DNA of 63,782 nt, counting the filler, from Chiloscyllium plagiosum (lineage: Eukaryota): the NCBI RefSeq assembly GCF_004010195.1. It is 4 parts of one record of this genome, joined end to end, with 100 filler letters (N's around TTAATTAATTAA, not from the genome) between each part and the next. Parts side by side here need not be neighbours in the genome. Positions count along the whole stretch, not along the records: positions 32,720 to 59,562 come from NC_057711.1; 3 more parts are not named here. The stretch is one strand, 5' to 3'. How positions within the stretch are numbered: position 1 is the stretch's first letter; every line of letters begins with the position of its first letter. Shown here piece by piece: positions 36,838 to 51,054 of this stretch. The notes below the pieces were generated by a model. That model searched no databases. It was not told the origin of the DNA and saw nothing but the letters and a program-made list of their open reading frames with translations. The translations under genes and the position numbers were made by a program.

Positions 36838-39008
36838 TGTTCTAAAACCCAATACAGTAACTTAACTAATTAACTGTTCCAGTACAGTAACATCCCATAA
36901 GTACCCATTGGCAAAAAGGTAACCTCAAACATAAATTCTTATGGTTGGGCTGGAACAACATCCAGAGAGAGATTTCAGAGAAAGTCAGAGGAATCATGTA
37001 ACGAAGCTTGCAACACTTCTGTACTCTCACATCTTGTGACTGCGACAGCTTAAAAAAAACACTAGAAAAAAATTGAATTGGAGAACTGACCACTCCCCTT
37101 CCATTGTTTAGCTGTTACCCCCAGACCCTTTGGCACGTTTGCCTTTATAACCTCTCTTCAAAAAGAAACACCAGTGGCAGCATGGTCACGTGCTTGTATG
37201 AACATTTATTTCTCTATATTAGAGATTTCCTTTTAGCTGCTTCTTTGAGATTGCCAGAATAATTTGTGAGTCATTCTGTTTTATGGTGCTGGCACAACTA
37301 GAAGCCAAGTTGAGACTGTGAAGCAAAAGCACAATACAGAAATAAAATCAAAAAATACTGCAAGTTCCCAGTAGGTCAGGCAGCATCTCAGGAAAGAAAC
37401 AGATAACATTAATGTTAAGGTCATTTACCCAAGAGATTAACTTTTTTTTTCTCTGAAGAGGGTGCCTGACCTGCTCAAAATTTTTCTTTAAATGGTCAGA
37501 GCCAATTTTAGTTCTGAAGCTTACAACACCAGTGGGCAGATGCTTTTAAGTGTCTGGGCTGGAATCATGTAGCTCCTCGAAATAAGATACAAGTTATTAT
37601 TCATGCTGTTTAGTGTTAAGCTTGACTGTCTCTTAATTACTGATGTCAGTAAACTTCCTCTTAAATCTCATTTTAATAAAAATAGCGAAGCACACAAGGC
37701 CCACATGAAGAATTGCACTTCCAAAGCTATTAAATGGACATGTTTATTTTATACAAACGTGAATTATCTTTAAATTGTAACTGAATAAAATTAAGTAGAA
37801 TGAAAGGATTGCAGTGGACAATGTGCTGACCCTGTAAAGATTCCAGTGATGTTGCTGAACCATCAGGAAATGTGATTCTACAGTTTTTTAATGCCAATTT
37901 CTGTCAGCTGAACAGACAAGCAAGTGATTTTCTATCCTGAAAAGCAGCAACTCCTGAGTCAAATGCAAGGACATGCCTGGTATTCTCTGTTTTTGTGTTC
38001 ATTCTTTTCGTAAGGGAAAAGAGATTTTATTGTTAGGCATTTTAACAGAATTTCCCCAGTAAATCTTAGTTTCATTTATTTCAGCAATACAACACATATA
38101 CTACACTGCATGACCAAAAAGGGGTCTTTATCATGTGTCTCACAATGAGACCACGTATGAATATTTTTATCAAGACATGTTATTTATAATTTCACTAACT
38201 GTTCAGATACACATACAAATTGGAAGCAGAAATGGCCTCTTGGCCCTTGAACCTGCTCTACCATTCAATAAGATAATAGCTGACCTGATTATTCCACTTT
38301 GTAGTGATAATCTTTCACCCCCTTATCAAAAATGTATCTACTACTGCCTTAAAAATATTCACAAACTTTGCTTCTATAATCTTTTGAGGAAGAGAATTCC
38401 AAAATTCACGACCTACCAGACAAAGCAATTTCCTCAGTACCACTTCCCTAATAATTAGTACATTCCTGAAATACTCAATGTTACCTGTTCTGGTATGGAC
38501 CGCAGGTAAACGTCACGACAATACTAATTTAGCATAATGTATCTAGCATCAATAGGTAAAATGCAAAATTTACATGCCTGCTTTTGAACAAAGGAAAGGT
38601 GAGTACTAGGAAGAGTCAATTAAATGGAGCTGATCAATTTTCCACATTGCTTCTTTGATTATAAACAATCAATTGAGTTTATTTTTGAAAAAATCATGTA
38701 GAGTTGGGGAGCTTAAATTCCAAAGTCCAGGGAGACTCCATAAATCCATACAGTAGAAGTCTTAGGTCACTAGTTTATAGTGACATTTAATTACATACAC
38801 TTTGAAGAATGTGATTCCTTTTTTAAAAAAAATCAGCCATTGTATATCAATAATCCTTTTAAATATTATCTATTTCAACTGGTAGCTTTTAAAAGAAAAG
38901 AATGAAATAACGCTAACCCTACTCCACAACTATGAAATCTTATGCCTTTTAAAAACTACTCTTCAATTTGAAGCATACTACACTACATAATTATGTTTAT
39001 TTTAACAG

Positions 39009-39964
39009 AAAAGATAAAAGAACAACTTCCTACGCCAAAAATGGCGGATGAGAAAGATACTTGCATGGAAATTGATACAACACCTGAATGCACTGGTAAC
39101 GGCAGCCAAGACATTGACGACACCAGGATCCCAGGCCTGGATGGCTTTCCTGCTAGTGGACCATCAACTCCTGTATCTGAACCTCCGGTTGAAGCTCCAG
39201 TCTGTATGGCACCATCCACCAGTTTGAATCAAAAGGAGGTCCGACAAGTCTCAAAAGAGACTGGAGTGAAGAAAGTTAGTGCTCCTACACAGGTTCCTGT
39301 GAACCAACAGAAGACACTGCTGCATCAGCCTGACACTCCAGCGCAAACCAAGAATTTCTCATCTAATTCTGCAGAAGTTAAGTCCAATATTCAGCCAGAC
39401 ATTGTTGATCGCCCTGCCTCAATGGGCAATTCCCAAAAGGCTGTACAGCCTCCTGTTTCGGAAAGCTGCAAGACCCCCATAACAGTGGTCAGTTTAACCC
39501 CTGAAGCTATAAAAGAGAAGCAGACATTTTACAACAAACTCTACAAAGCTATAGCTTGGAAGTTGGTGTCGGCTGGTGGTTTCAGCAATGAGCTTAACCA
39601 TTTGAACATTTTAACTAACTGCATACAGTCAGTAAAGGGGACTCTTGAAAGTGTGTGTGTTCCCCTGAAAGATATTTCTGAATTGCATTTACCACAAAGT
39701 TCTGCACGTGAAGGGATTGTTTGTGAACTAAGGTGCAAGGCTGTCTATTTGGCAACAGGATATGGAAAATGTAAAGTGAGTGCCAAAGACATGGCGGCAA
39801 AAGAGGCAATGAAATTGTTCTTGAAGCATAGAGTTACGGTGAAGATATGTAAAAGAAAATTCAAAGGAAGTGAAATTGAGGATTTAGTACTTTTGAGTGA
39901 AGAGTCATATCGGTTAAACCTAGCTCCTGCATTAGTCAATCCCTCAGAACCTAGTACAAGGTAA
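39009..39964 (+). CDS. CDKN2AIP: CDKN2AIP/CARF-like, terminal exon (Pro/Ser/Thr-rich linker plus C-terminal dsRBD-like domain)
   Basis: ORF 38993-39964 with acceptor ttttaacAG ending at 39008. The C-terminus KEKQTFYNKLYKAIAWKLVSAGGF...IVCELRCKAVYLATGYGK...VKICKRKFKGSEIEDLVLL closely matches the CARF C-terminus as recalled. Stop TAA at 39962-39964. Confidence 0.92.
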
Positions 39965-40606
39965 AAAACAGAAGCATTTTGTAAATATTTCTAATGAAGT
40001 AATTGGAAAAGTGCTTTGTGTGTGTGTGTATATATTTAGAAAAACACAACAGAATTCTTGTATTACTTGATTGTAAAAGGCACATATTGCAGTTGTAGTT
40101 AGTTGTTTATTTTGTTTGAGAGAAAAACTGAAAACTGCAGTGCCTTACAGTTTCTAAAATTGAAAGAAATATTATGGTCAAAAGTTTTTTTTCTGGGCTA
40201 TTGGTGCAAATCTAATATGAATAAGTACTATTGATCTTGAAGTCTCCTTCAAGTTTGTTCTTGTGACTACTTGAATTATTTTAAAGGAAAAAGAATGTGT
40301 CTTGCTTTTTTTTTGTAAAGTGTGTAACAGAGCCTCTTTGATACTCCATCATTGTGTCCAGGTACTGATTGAAGTGCCCTCTTATTCCATCCCAGCAATA
40401 TGACTTAATTTCAAAAGAACACTGTCTACCTACCCCTTAAGGATAACCTCCACAATATGTATTTATAAATTATCAGATAAAAGCAAAATTCTGCAGATGC
40501 TAGAAAATGGTTGAATTAATTTGTTAGCTATCAATTGATTCAAAAGTGCTAGAAGTGTAGGTTTATGGATTTGGTCCCTAAAATCTAGGTAAAAGCACTG
40601 AAACTG

Positions 40607-40746
40607 AATAAAAAAATAGGATGGTCATTTAACCAGGAAGAGAAAAGATTCAGGCATCTGACCAGTCTTTTGGCAGCCTAGCAAGTTAGCACACCTTTGG
40701 TCAGAGAACCATGAATACTTCAAACTAAATAAAAGTCAGAAATAAA
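40607..40746 (+). terminator. Candidate polyadenylation signals of the CDKN2AIP 3' UTR
   Basis: AATAAA at 40607, 40728 and 40741 in an AT-rich, repeat-poor stretch after the stop codon. Which one is used cannot be determined from sequence. Confidence 0.4.
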
Positions 40747-41649
40747 GCACACTACTTATTTCAGGGTGAAGATTATGAACACACCATAGTGCTGCTTTTA
40801 TTGACTTAAATTTAACTACTCGACTGATGTTTCAAATTAGGTGGACCATCAAGTGAATTTTGTTTGCAAATCAGCCAATTTTATTTTGATTGAAGAAATA
40901 TCATTCCTAACCCTAAACTGATGTGGCGGTCCAGTGAAAGCAATGATCCAACTGACATAAATTCTGAATTTGATTTAAAATTACATATTCTGTTCTAAAG
41001 TTTGCTTTAAATGAATTTTATACAACCTAATGCAAGATACATCATTGCCTGTTCTTGGCTTCTCACTTTTCACTCGAGACAGAAATGTTCACCCTTTTAA
41101 TATTTTATTTTCTATTGCTTGTAAACATTATTATAATCTGTCATTTTCCCATTAAAGAAACATAATAGCACCATCAAGAGTCCAAATGATTATGTAGAAT
41201 TAGTTTTAAGATTTTTTTTTACTTGTGTGAAATTTTAATTTTTTTTTAATATATAGTTTCTGCTTCTAGTTTGTTAATTTAATGTGTCAGCCAATATTTC
41301 CATGTCTTACCCACACATTTAGTCAAGGTAAACATTTGATACCATTGCAATTTTAAATAAAACCAATTCGGAACTTACAAATTGAAACACTTAGATATTG
41401 AATTAATACGACTACTGTGTTAGATTGCAAATGCTTTCTTATTAACAGAATCACCAGAGCAAACTATAGACTTTGTAAATAATCCTAGTCAGTGAATGTT
41501 GTTGCATCATAAGGAATAACTGCTAAACCTTGTATCAACAGCTGAGTTTAAATGATGGGAACTGAAAGGCAGATGTGTACAAGTTATGGAATGGATGTAG
41601 CATTGAAATTGAACCCAAAATAGTTAGTGTCTTAATTTCTTGAAAAAAT

Positions 41650-41752
41650 TATATTATTAATGTAAACCCCAAATACCCAGATATTAATTTATCCCCATCC
41701 CAGTTTATATTATTAATACAAACCCCAAATACCCAGATATTAATTTACCCCC
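41650..41752. repeat. Local tandem duplication, about 56-bp period
   Basis: tatattattaat..aaaccccaaatacccagatattaattta.cccc occurs twice. Confidence 0.8.
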
Positions 41753-43659
41753 CAATACCTTTTCAATACCTGACAAAACCTGTGTAATGTGAAGTATAAT
41801 TGTAAGATTCTCAATGGACTCTATGATCAAAATATATTTTAATTCTGTTTTAATTGATACTGTACATGCCTTGATGAGCAGGCTATTAACAAGCTAGGCA
41901 GTGGAGGGAAGAGACCAAAGATTTTCACTGTTGCATTATTTTGTGCTTTCGTTTGAATGCAAGGTTTTGGCTTTAACCCCTCTAGGTCATAGCCTACATT
42001 CATCAGATGATTTTGGTTAATTGGAATGGATTAGGGAAGTTTTAGTGTGTTGTCTCTCTCTTTTCACTGTTGAAAACAGAAGTGAAGTGATAGATTTTTT
42101 TAATTATTTGTGACGAATTGTGTAGGAAGAGTATTTTTAATGACATACCATCAGGGTGATCAACTGGCATTTAGAAGCTCAGTTGATTGGAAGGTTGTTT
42201 TTCAATTCAGAGTCACACCATCAATGTGAGTTCAGTTCCCTTTCTGGCTGAGGTTACCATCAAGGACTCTTCCCCCTCTTAATCTTTCCTCTCGCCTGGT
42301 AACCTTCCAGTTAAAACTCTCTCTAACAAGAGAATAGCCCTGTGCTCTGGAAGGATGATGGTAACTTTATCTCTCAAAGTCTTTCTAAAATGTGATGTCA
42401 ACAATGAAGAAACTACTGCTCCTGAGACTTAACTAGTGACTTATATAAAAGTTTAATATAACCATTCTGGTTTTAAACGTTTTGAATCCTGTGTAGTGAA
42501 AGATAATATAAAGGTAAGGATTCCATAATGTACAAATGTTAAAGTAAATAAGTCCTTTATTAAAGATTAACTTAGAATCAAGGATTAGCAGACACATTAC
42601 TGATTTTGGGAGAAATTAGACACACAACTAAAGTAATTCACAGAATTGTTACGGTGTAGAAGGAGGGTATTCAGCCCTGTATGCCTGCACTGCCAGTCAG
42701 AATGAGCATGTCTCTTAGTGACATTCCCCAGCTGTCTTGTCATAACTCTGTACATTCTTTCTATTCAAATAGCAATCTATTTCCCTTCTGAATGTGTCAA
42801 CTGAACCTGCCTGTACTATACTGTCCAGCAGTTCATTCTAACTCTCACTTCATCCTTCTCTTTTCCAATGAGAACAATACTAATTTCTCAAATCTAACTT
42901 CACTAGTGAAGCTCCTAATACTGGAACCAAATTCGAGAATAGTTTTGCAATTTCTCTGATACATTCACATCCTTCCTAAAGTGTGGCACTAAGAATTGGA
43001 CACACTTAAACTTTTCTTGGGAGAATGTTTTTGAATTCAGGTTATAAATGTAATGGAAAATGGGTTTGCATCATAGACATTGAGAGACATCACCCCCCCC
43101 CCCCCCCACCACCCATTTTTACAATATTTACAACACAAAGGGCATTCTTCTCAATATGTTCATGTCTTTGTTTATGCTTTGTTTATCCTTCTATCATCTT
43201 ACTTTAATAATATGGAGACCAGAACTGTTCACAGTATTTCAGCAGTGTTATAATCATGGTCTTTGCAGATTGAACACAAGTTGCCTGATTTTCAGTTCCA
43301 CCCTTCTAGAAATGAATCCAGTGTTTTGTGTATGTTTTTCTTTGTTAACCTGTGTTACTAGTTTCTGATTGTCTGCCTATTTCACTCAACCCCCTGCACC
43401 CAATCCATCTGCTCCCATCTTCTGTCCTCTTAACACTTGCGTTCCAAGAATATGAGGCCTCATTCTTCACACACAAATGTACGACCTCATAAGATGTTGA
43501 ATTGCATTTGGCAGTGACACACAAAAATCAAAGTTTATTAATGACCTCCTCTATATTGTCCTCGTCTTCCTCTATGTTAGACCTTCCTAAAATGGTGCGC
43601 CAAACCCCTAATTTTGTAATTGTATTTTTGATTCTCAAGTTTAGTTTAAATTGTGTGTC

Positions 43660-44520
43660 ATGATTTAGAGTTGCCGTTGTTGGACAGGGGTGTACAAAAT
43701 TAAATATCACACAACACCAGGTTATAGACAAACAGGTTCATTAGGAAGCACTAGGTTTTGGAGCGCTGCTCCTTTATCAGGTGGTTGTGGAGAATAAGAA
43801 TGTAGGACACAGAATTTATAGCAAAAGTTTACAGTGCAATGTAACTGAAATTATGTATTGCAAAAGACCTGGATTGTTTGTTAAGTCTCTCACCTTTTAG
43901 AATGACCATGTTGGTTTCAGTTCTTTCATATGTAAATCACAAAACTTTTTTAAAAGGTTACATTCTCAAGTGAACTTTAACAATTGGCGTCATGTTGACC
44001 CAGATAATGTATTGAAGGTGTGAGCTTCCTTGTGTGAGGCTATCTGTGCCACAATGGTCAGACTGATGCTAATCTAAAAAACGGATTTACAGAATCTTAC
44101 ATGGATTCATGTAGTTTTTGAGCAAAGTAAAATCAGTCTGACCATTGTGGCACAGACAACCTCACACAGGGAAATACAATATCTGGGCCGACATGACACC
44201 AGTTGTTAAAGTTCACTTGAGAATGTAACTTTTAAAAAAAAGTTTTGTGATTTACAATTGAAAGAACTGAAACTAACATGGTCATTCTAAAAGATGAGAG
44301 TCTTAACAAACAATCCAAATCTTTTCTCAATATATAATTTCAGTTACATCACACTGTAAACTTTTGCTATAAATTCTGTGTCCTATAATCTTATTCTCCT
44401 CTATGACTCTAATTAGAAAAAAAATTTAAAACCAACCAATGAAGGAGCAGGGCTCAGAAAGCTAGTGCTTCTAAATAAACCTGTTGGACTATAACCTGAT
44501 GTTGTGTGATTTTGAACATT
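43660..44520. mobile_element. Large fold-back of the Penelope family-2 terminal repeat
   Basis: 43660-44130 is the reverse complement of the family-2 3' region (compare 57650-58130). 44131-44520 is the forward copy. Confidence 0.8.
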
Positions 44521-46554
44521 GTTTGTGTGAATAGTGAACAGCAGTGGTCCAAGCAATGATCTCTGAGGAGCCTAATTTTTGCCACTAGAGAAGGGTTCTA
44601 TGCAGAAGAGTGGTGCTCCATTTAAAATTAATTGAAATTTTCATCATAGAATAGTTCAAAGTTATCCAAAGCCTAATTGTAAGCATTCATTTTGCAGTAC
44701 TGAAATAATCGAGCTTTACTTAAGCAATTTTAATATCTGTACAAGAGTATGTCAATGAAAAATGCTTTTTTGAGCATGTGTACTTTAAAAAATGAAAAAA
44801 AATGACAGGCAGAAATCAGAACTGAACCTTAAAAAGATTTTTCTGTTCTTGACTCTCTAGGGATCTTAGTTCTGCTTCCAGCTTTGTGATCCATCTAAAT
44901 GTTTTAAATATAAATGCCAATGTTCTGTCATTTTTCTAATTAAAAGGTTTAGATGAAATGTATATTGATCTACAGACAATTGGACATTTTGTGTTGTGAA
45001 CAATTTAAGATAACTTGATGTTATTGAAGTTAAGTAGACTTTCATTGACCAGAAAATTATTTCAGAAAACTCAGCATTTCAGGGAGTATCATGGAGCAAG
45101 GAACAGAGTTCATATGGCATTTCATGAGAATTGGCTACAAGACATTTAATTTTGAATTTTCAAATTATTATTGTTTTTGTGTGTGATATTCCAAGTGACT
45201 ACTTTAATTAGGTTAAAACTCTTTTGTACTGAATCCCTGTTACTGCTTATTTTAAATACACAGCAGTTAGTTAATAGCACACAAATTTGGTTAAATAAAT
45301 TGAAAATTGAGTTGATGCTAAGCTTTTATATTTTCAAACTTGAATAAAATGTTACAATCTCCATACAGACCAATAATGATTAAACAAAATTCCATGTTTT
45401 AAACAACTGTTACAGTGACAGATTTCAAATTAAAAACACTACTAATAATATATTTCATAGGTCCCTGTAACTACATCAAAAATCTGAACAGAACTGCTCC
45501 CATCCTACTTTTACTTTTAGCCAAGAATCCCTTTTAACATGAAAGTTTTGGAGTGGTTACTTAATTCTCCTGGAACCAATCATAACCAAATGAGTTGTGA
45601 GAATGCCCAGGAATTCAGTGATCCTCTTTCGTGTCCCAGGTTTGGATCTTAAGACTTTGAGAATTCTCATTTTCTGCAGGGATTCCACTGTTGATCTCTT
45701 CTGTCTTCAGTAGGTTAACTTGATAGTGCTTTATTTCTCATCCGTTTTAGATTTTTCATTCTGAGCAAGGTCTCAGTTGTAATTCCTGTGCAGTAACTCC
45801 AAATCAGAAATACCCCTGGTTCCTGATGACCACCTTGTTCCTTCTTGTATGGGGTAGGCACAGAGTAACTGTCTCACAGATTGTGAAGACAGAAATGTAT
45901 TAAACCAGGAATCTTCCCCTCTCAGCCATCTCCATGGTCATGTGATAGCTGGTCGGTTTCAGAACCAGTTGAACTTTATTTCTCAGATAAAAGAAAATTT
46001 AAAATGTAAAACCCTCCATGTTTACAAGTTGCTATAAAGCCATCCTTTATTTTGGTGTAACTACATGAATAATTTAAACCTCTCCTGAGCCTACAGTTCC
46101 CTGAAGAGAGAAGTAATATTGTTCAATTTTTAACACTCACATTTCACCATCTTGATGCTCTTTGACCCATGGTTACCCCAGGCCTGTCTGTCAGATATCT
46201 AGACTAATCTTCTTTTAATTATCTACATTTAAAATCAGACTCCACAACTCCCCAGAATAATATAAACTTGAAGTTACAATCGTAGTACATAATAATTTTT
46301 AAGATTATGCACTTGTAACAATGAGCCATGAAGTGATCAAGTGCTAACACAGCTTAAGAGAATGCATGGTATGTTGCTGGGGCTATCTGTGTCATTGTGA
46401 AAGTGACTTAACAGCATTCTGTCTGTGTAAAATAATGGGTTTGTAAAATGATTGATATAAATGCATAAATGTAAATCCTTCAGGGGGGTATGAAAGTAAC
46501 TAAAGGGAGGTTAATGAGACATTTCCTAAAATGTGAATGTCAAATTATGTTAGA

Positions 46555-46922
46555 GTCATAGAGTCAGACAGAATGGAAACCAACCTTCAGTCCAGGAATC
46601 AAAAAAACAAATGCCCCTCATGTCTTTTTAAAATCTTTTTCCTCTCACCTTAAAAATCTGTTCTCTAGTTTTGAACTCGCCCAGGCCTAGGCAAAAGACC
46701 CTTGGCATTTATCTTAACTATACTTATCATGATTCTGTAAATCTCAGTAATGTCACCCTCTATCTCCTACGCTGCGGTGAAAAAAGTCCCAGCTTTTCCA
46801 GTCCTTTTATATTTAAAACCCTCCATTCCTGGCAAAACCCTGGTAAATCCTTTCTGAGCCCTGTCCAGTTTAATAATATCTTTCCTATAACAGGGCAACC
46901 AGAACTGTGCACACTATTCTAG
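46555..46922 (-). mobile_element. CR1 3' fragment
   Basis: agagtcatagagtc tail and minus-strand RT C-terminus. Confidence 0.7.
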
Positions 46923-48059
46923 GTAAAACCATGCAGTCTGTTTAAATATAAAATACTTGTGTTTCAGGATTCTAATTTTCAGTATAGAGCTTAAATGTTA
47001 TGACAGTTATATCCTATAATCCTTAATGCACTGATAAGGTTAGAAGTTAATTCTTAAACAGATTTCTTGCATTATTCTATGGACTGAACAGATAATGCAA
47101 TATTAGAAGAATTAATTTAATTTTAGTAACAAAATTCAAGGTGTAGATTTGGGTTGTTTTAAAATGCTGTGACCAATTGGTTGCTTATTGAATTTAAAGA
47201 TATTATATAGGGTTGTTTTTATTGTATTCCAGTGAATATTGTAAGGAAAGTTTATGCCAAAATGGGAGACGCCAAACAAGAGAGTCCCAATTTCAGTTTA
47301 GTAGCTTTTACGTCTATTACATTTGAATTTAATGGCCAGCATGTACCAATTTGACATACTGCTTGTTTGAATTTAAAAGCTGTCTCGTCTGTGAATTCTG
47401 ACCACCAGTGGTCCTTACCAGGTTCTGCTCCAGCCATAAAGATACTGAGGCTGATTTAAATGTAAATTGGCAGAGCTCTCTGTAAATAGAAAACCTTCAG
47501 GTTACTACACTGTTTATTACAGGACCAGCACTGTGTACCATTTTGTGAAAACTTAGTAGTCAGAATTTGTACAGAATTGCTGTCTACTGCTGGCAACACA
47601 TTTGTTCAAGCAATCTACTGATGCACCTTTACCGACTACAGTATGGTACAGTGAATTCCTGTTAATGCTTCTAATCTTTTATTAATTTGTTAGTGGTTTT
47701 CTATGCTAGATTTGATGTAGGCTTTATATGTCAATGTAAGTTTGTTTCAAAAAATGGTGTGTAAAACAAATCCTTGTAACTGTTAACCATTTTGATTTGT
47801 AATTTTTAATATTAAAAATTTCACATCTACTGTTTTCTGCCCTCTTTTGTAAACTGCGTATTTAATAGCTGCTATAATTCTTTCAACAATGTATTTTTCC
47901 TTAAGTGTAGGAAGATTTATAAGAATGTTTCTGATTGAGGAGGAGAAATAGTAGACAGTGAGAAAAGGGGATCATTAAGAAACTTAGCACATTGAAAGGG
48001 GGATTTGAAAGCTAGGAGTGAGATGGCAAAATAAGCAACTAGGAATTTCAGAAGCCAAG

Positions 48060-48900
48060 GTATGGTGTTCATGGTGATGATAGAGATGGAAGCCTCCTTC
48101 CCCAACCTTTCAATTTCTGCAATGCTTAAGGAAGCCACTGGAGACATGCTGTCAAGCAGCAACATTGAACAAAACTCAATGAGGTTCTTCAATCTGTCCA
48201 GACTGCATGGCTCTGCAAAGTCACTCGGGAAGCTCTCTTTGCTTTTGAACAGAGATAATACTGCTCCAATTAGCAACAAGGACGATTTTTAGATTATGGC
48301 AAACAAATTCTTAAGTGCGTTAAAAGGTTTTGATCTCTAAATCAACATGGCCTGAATTGAGGTCACCATTTAGCCAGTACTAGTCAGACTATGAAGCACT
48401 AGTAGTAAGAGTCGACATCACTAATCTCCAGCCTGTAGAAAGGCTCTTGTATAATTGTGGTCTGTTCTCAATTAAGATATCTAAGCATGAATCCACAAAG
48501 CAAATTCTGAATCCAGCAGGCTCCATGATTATACCAGCAAATAGCATGGCATTAAATTGAAGATGAAAATCAAAAGAACTTTGCCCTTGTTGTATGATAC
48601 AAAATTCTAAATTAGCTACAAGCACTATAGCAAAGCTCAGGAATGTTTTAAAAATACCTGAATTCCCTCAAGAATTTGATGGCAAGACAACATCATAAAT
48701 AACAGGGCTATCCATCATGCTGGGCTCAACAACTTGGAAACTGCATAGCAGAAATTTTAGCTCAGATAGGCAGGTCATGTCTTCTGTATGGAATGCCCAA
48801 GCAGATGTCCTGTGGAGAATTGCCTTGGTGAACTGACAGCAAAGTGTTCGGTATAAATGATACATAGATACTTGGAAAGTTACTGTAGCCAATCAGTCCA
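48060..48900 (+). mobile_element. Highly decayed RTE-type LINE fragment
   Basis: ISAMLKEATGD..RFFNLSRL resembles RTE RT (compare 16967-17332). Confidence 0.5.
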
Positions 48901-49076
48901 CGTGGAGGCAAACATTGAAGTTTAGCTCAACATGTTTTTGAGAGGTATCCCCCCCAAACTCTCAACACCATGTACGCAGAGGTGGCACAAGAGCTGCAGT
49001 AGTTTCCATGAGTATTAACAGCACAAGTATGGATTGCCAGTTCTGTGAACACCCTAGTCAATCCTAAATTAGACTA

Positions 49077-50108
49077 TGATTTGGAGGATGCCCGGAGGCA
49101 TGGTACATTGGGGAAACGGAGCAAAGGCTACGACAACAGATGAATGGGCACCGCACGACAATCAACAGACAGGAGGGTTCCCTCCCAGTTGGGGAACACT
49201 TCAGTGGTCCAGGACATTCAGCCTCGGACCTTCGGGTGACCATCCTCCAAGGTGGACTTCAGGACAGGCAGCAGAGAAAAGTGGCCGAGTGGAGGCTGGT
49301 AGCTAAGTTCGGTACCCATGGGGAGGGCCTCAACGGGGACCATGGGTTCATGTCACATTACAGGTGATCACCATTGCACTATGCACACGTCCAGATATTC
49401 CTGCACACACTCTCTTACATACACACGGAGACAGGTACACACAGGCGCGCACACAGACACCCATACACACCCTTATAGACACACACACTCACACATGCAC
49501 CCCCTCACAGACTTAAGACACTGTGTGTGCACACACACACACACACACACACTTTCTCACTTTCTCACTCACAACCCCCACCCCAGACAGACACACACAG
49601 ATAGACAAAGACTCACATGCACACATATATTTTGTGGGGTGAATTTGTACTTGCAGAGTTACTTTGCTCAAAAACTGCATGCATTCATTTAGAACACTGA
49701 GCTCAAAAACTGCATGAATTTATGTAAAACTCTGATTCTAATCTAAAAAGTGAGATAACAACCTAAACATCATGGCATAGACAGAGAACACAGGGGGCTA
49801 ACACCTTCAACATATTGTCTATCACTATTGTTAACAGCTAACCCGAGAATGCAACTTTTAAAAAATAGGTTTTGTGATTTACACATGAAAGAAGTGAAAC
49901 TATCACTGTATTCTAACAGATGAAAGGCTTAACAGACAATCATTTTTTCAATGGATAATTTCAGTTACATCACACTGTAAATTTTTGCTATAAATTCTGT
50001 GTTACGATCGAGCCCTCCACTATCACCTGATGAAGGACCGCGCTCCGAAAGCTAGTGTGCTTCCAAATAAACCTGTTGGACTATAACCTGGTGTTGTGAT
50101 TTTTAATT
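49077..50108 (+). mobile_element. Penelope-like family 2, 5'-truncated (GIY-YIG, CA-rich tract, pLTR)
   Basis: CPEAWYIGETEQRLRQQMNGHR..PVGEHF..GLN is GIY-YIG. TSD taaattagacta (49065-49076 and 50109-50120). Confidence 0.88.
50024..50057 (+). ncRNA. Minimal hammerhead ribozyme motif (Penelope family 2)
   Basis: CAC CTGATGA A GGA ccgcgc TCC GAA AGCT A GTG: stem I CAC/GTG, palindromic AGCT stem III. Confidence 0.7.
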
Positions 50109-51054
50109 TAAATTAGACTAATTAGTCATGACAGAACCCAGACAAGATGATGAAATCATTTATGGCTTAGACATAAACAAGGAACCTACCTCAACAGATG
50201 GAGGGAATAATCATTAGTAACTTGCTGTCAGGGAACCAAATAATTACATAGAATGTAAAAGAGGAAATCACTAAATTAGAGTGGAGGGAATTCAGAGCAT
50301 GAGGCTTGCTGGAGTTATGTAGAGCTTGGAAAGGAATGTAAAAATTTGTATTCAAAACAAAGATGAATAGAGAATTATTCAAATGAAATGGTAACCCAAT
50401 ATTAATTGAATAGTATATGAGTATTATTTTTTGATATACAAATTACAGGAAGGTGTTCTCATTTGACTGGATATCTGTATTTGACTAATTTTAGTGAAGA
50501 ATAAAAAGTGAGCAAAGCTCAGGTTCTTTATGGACATTTCAACTGAATAATTAATGTGTTAACTGCTCATTCTGAGGAGATGCAGCAGTTAATTTGTTTT
50601 TAGGGCAGTTCATGAGATTTTATTTCAGAGTACTTCTTGGATTTAGGGGACTAACCATAGAAAACATGAGCAGAAGAAGGTCATGGGACCCTTTGAGCCT
50701 GCTCTCCCATTCAATATACTCAGGGCTGATCATCTAACGCAGTACCCCAGTCCCTTCTCCCCATTGCCTTTGATCCCTTTAGCTCTAAGAGCTGTATCTA
50801 ACTCCTTGAAGACATTTGGTGTTTTGGCTCAACCACTTTCTGCAGCAGAGAATTTCACAGGCTCCCCAAAATCAGAATGAAGAAATCTCTCATCTGAGTT
50901 CTAAATGGCCTTGAACTGTGACCACTGGTTCTGGACTCCCCACTCATTAGGAACATCTAGTCCTGTTACAAATTGTATAGGTTCCTATGAGACACCTGTC
51001 ATTTTTCTGAACACTAGTGTATAAAATCCAAAACCAATCTAATTTCTTCATACG

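Noticed and set aside
38993..39008. ATG at 38993 as the CDKN2AIP start
   Set aside because: It lies in the polypyrimidine tract/acceptor; exon 2 splices in frame at 39009.
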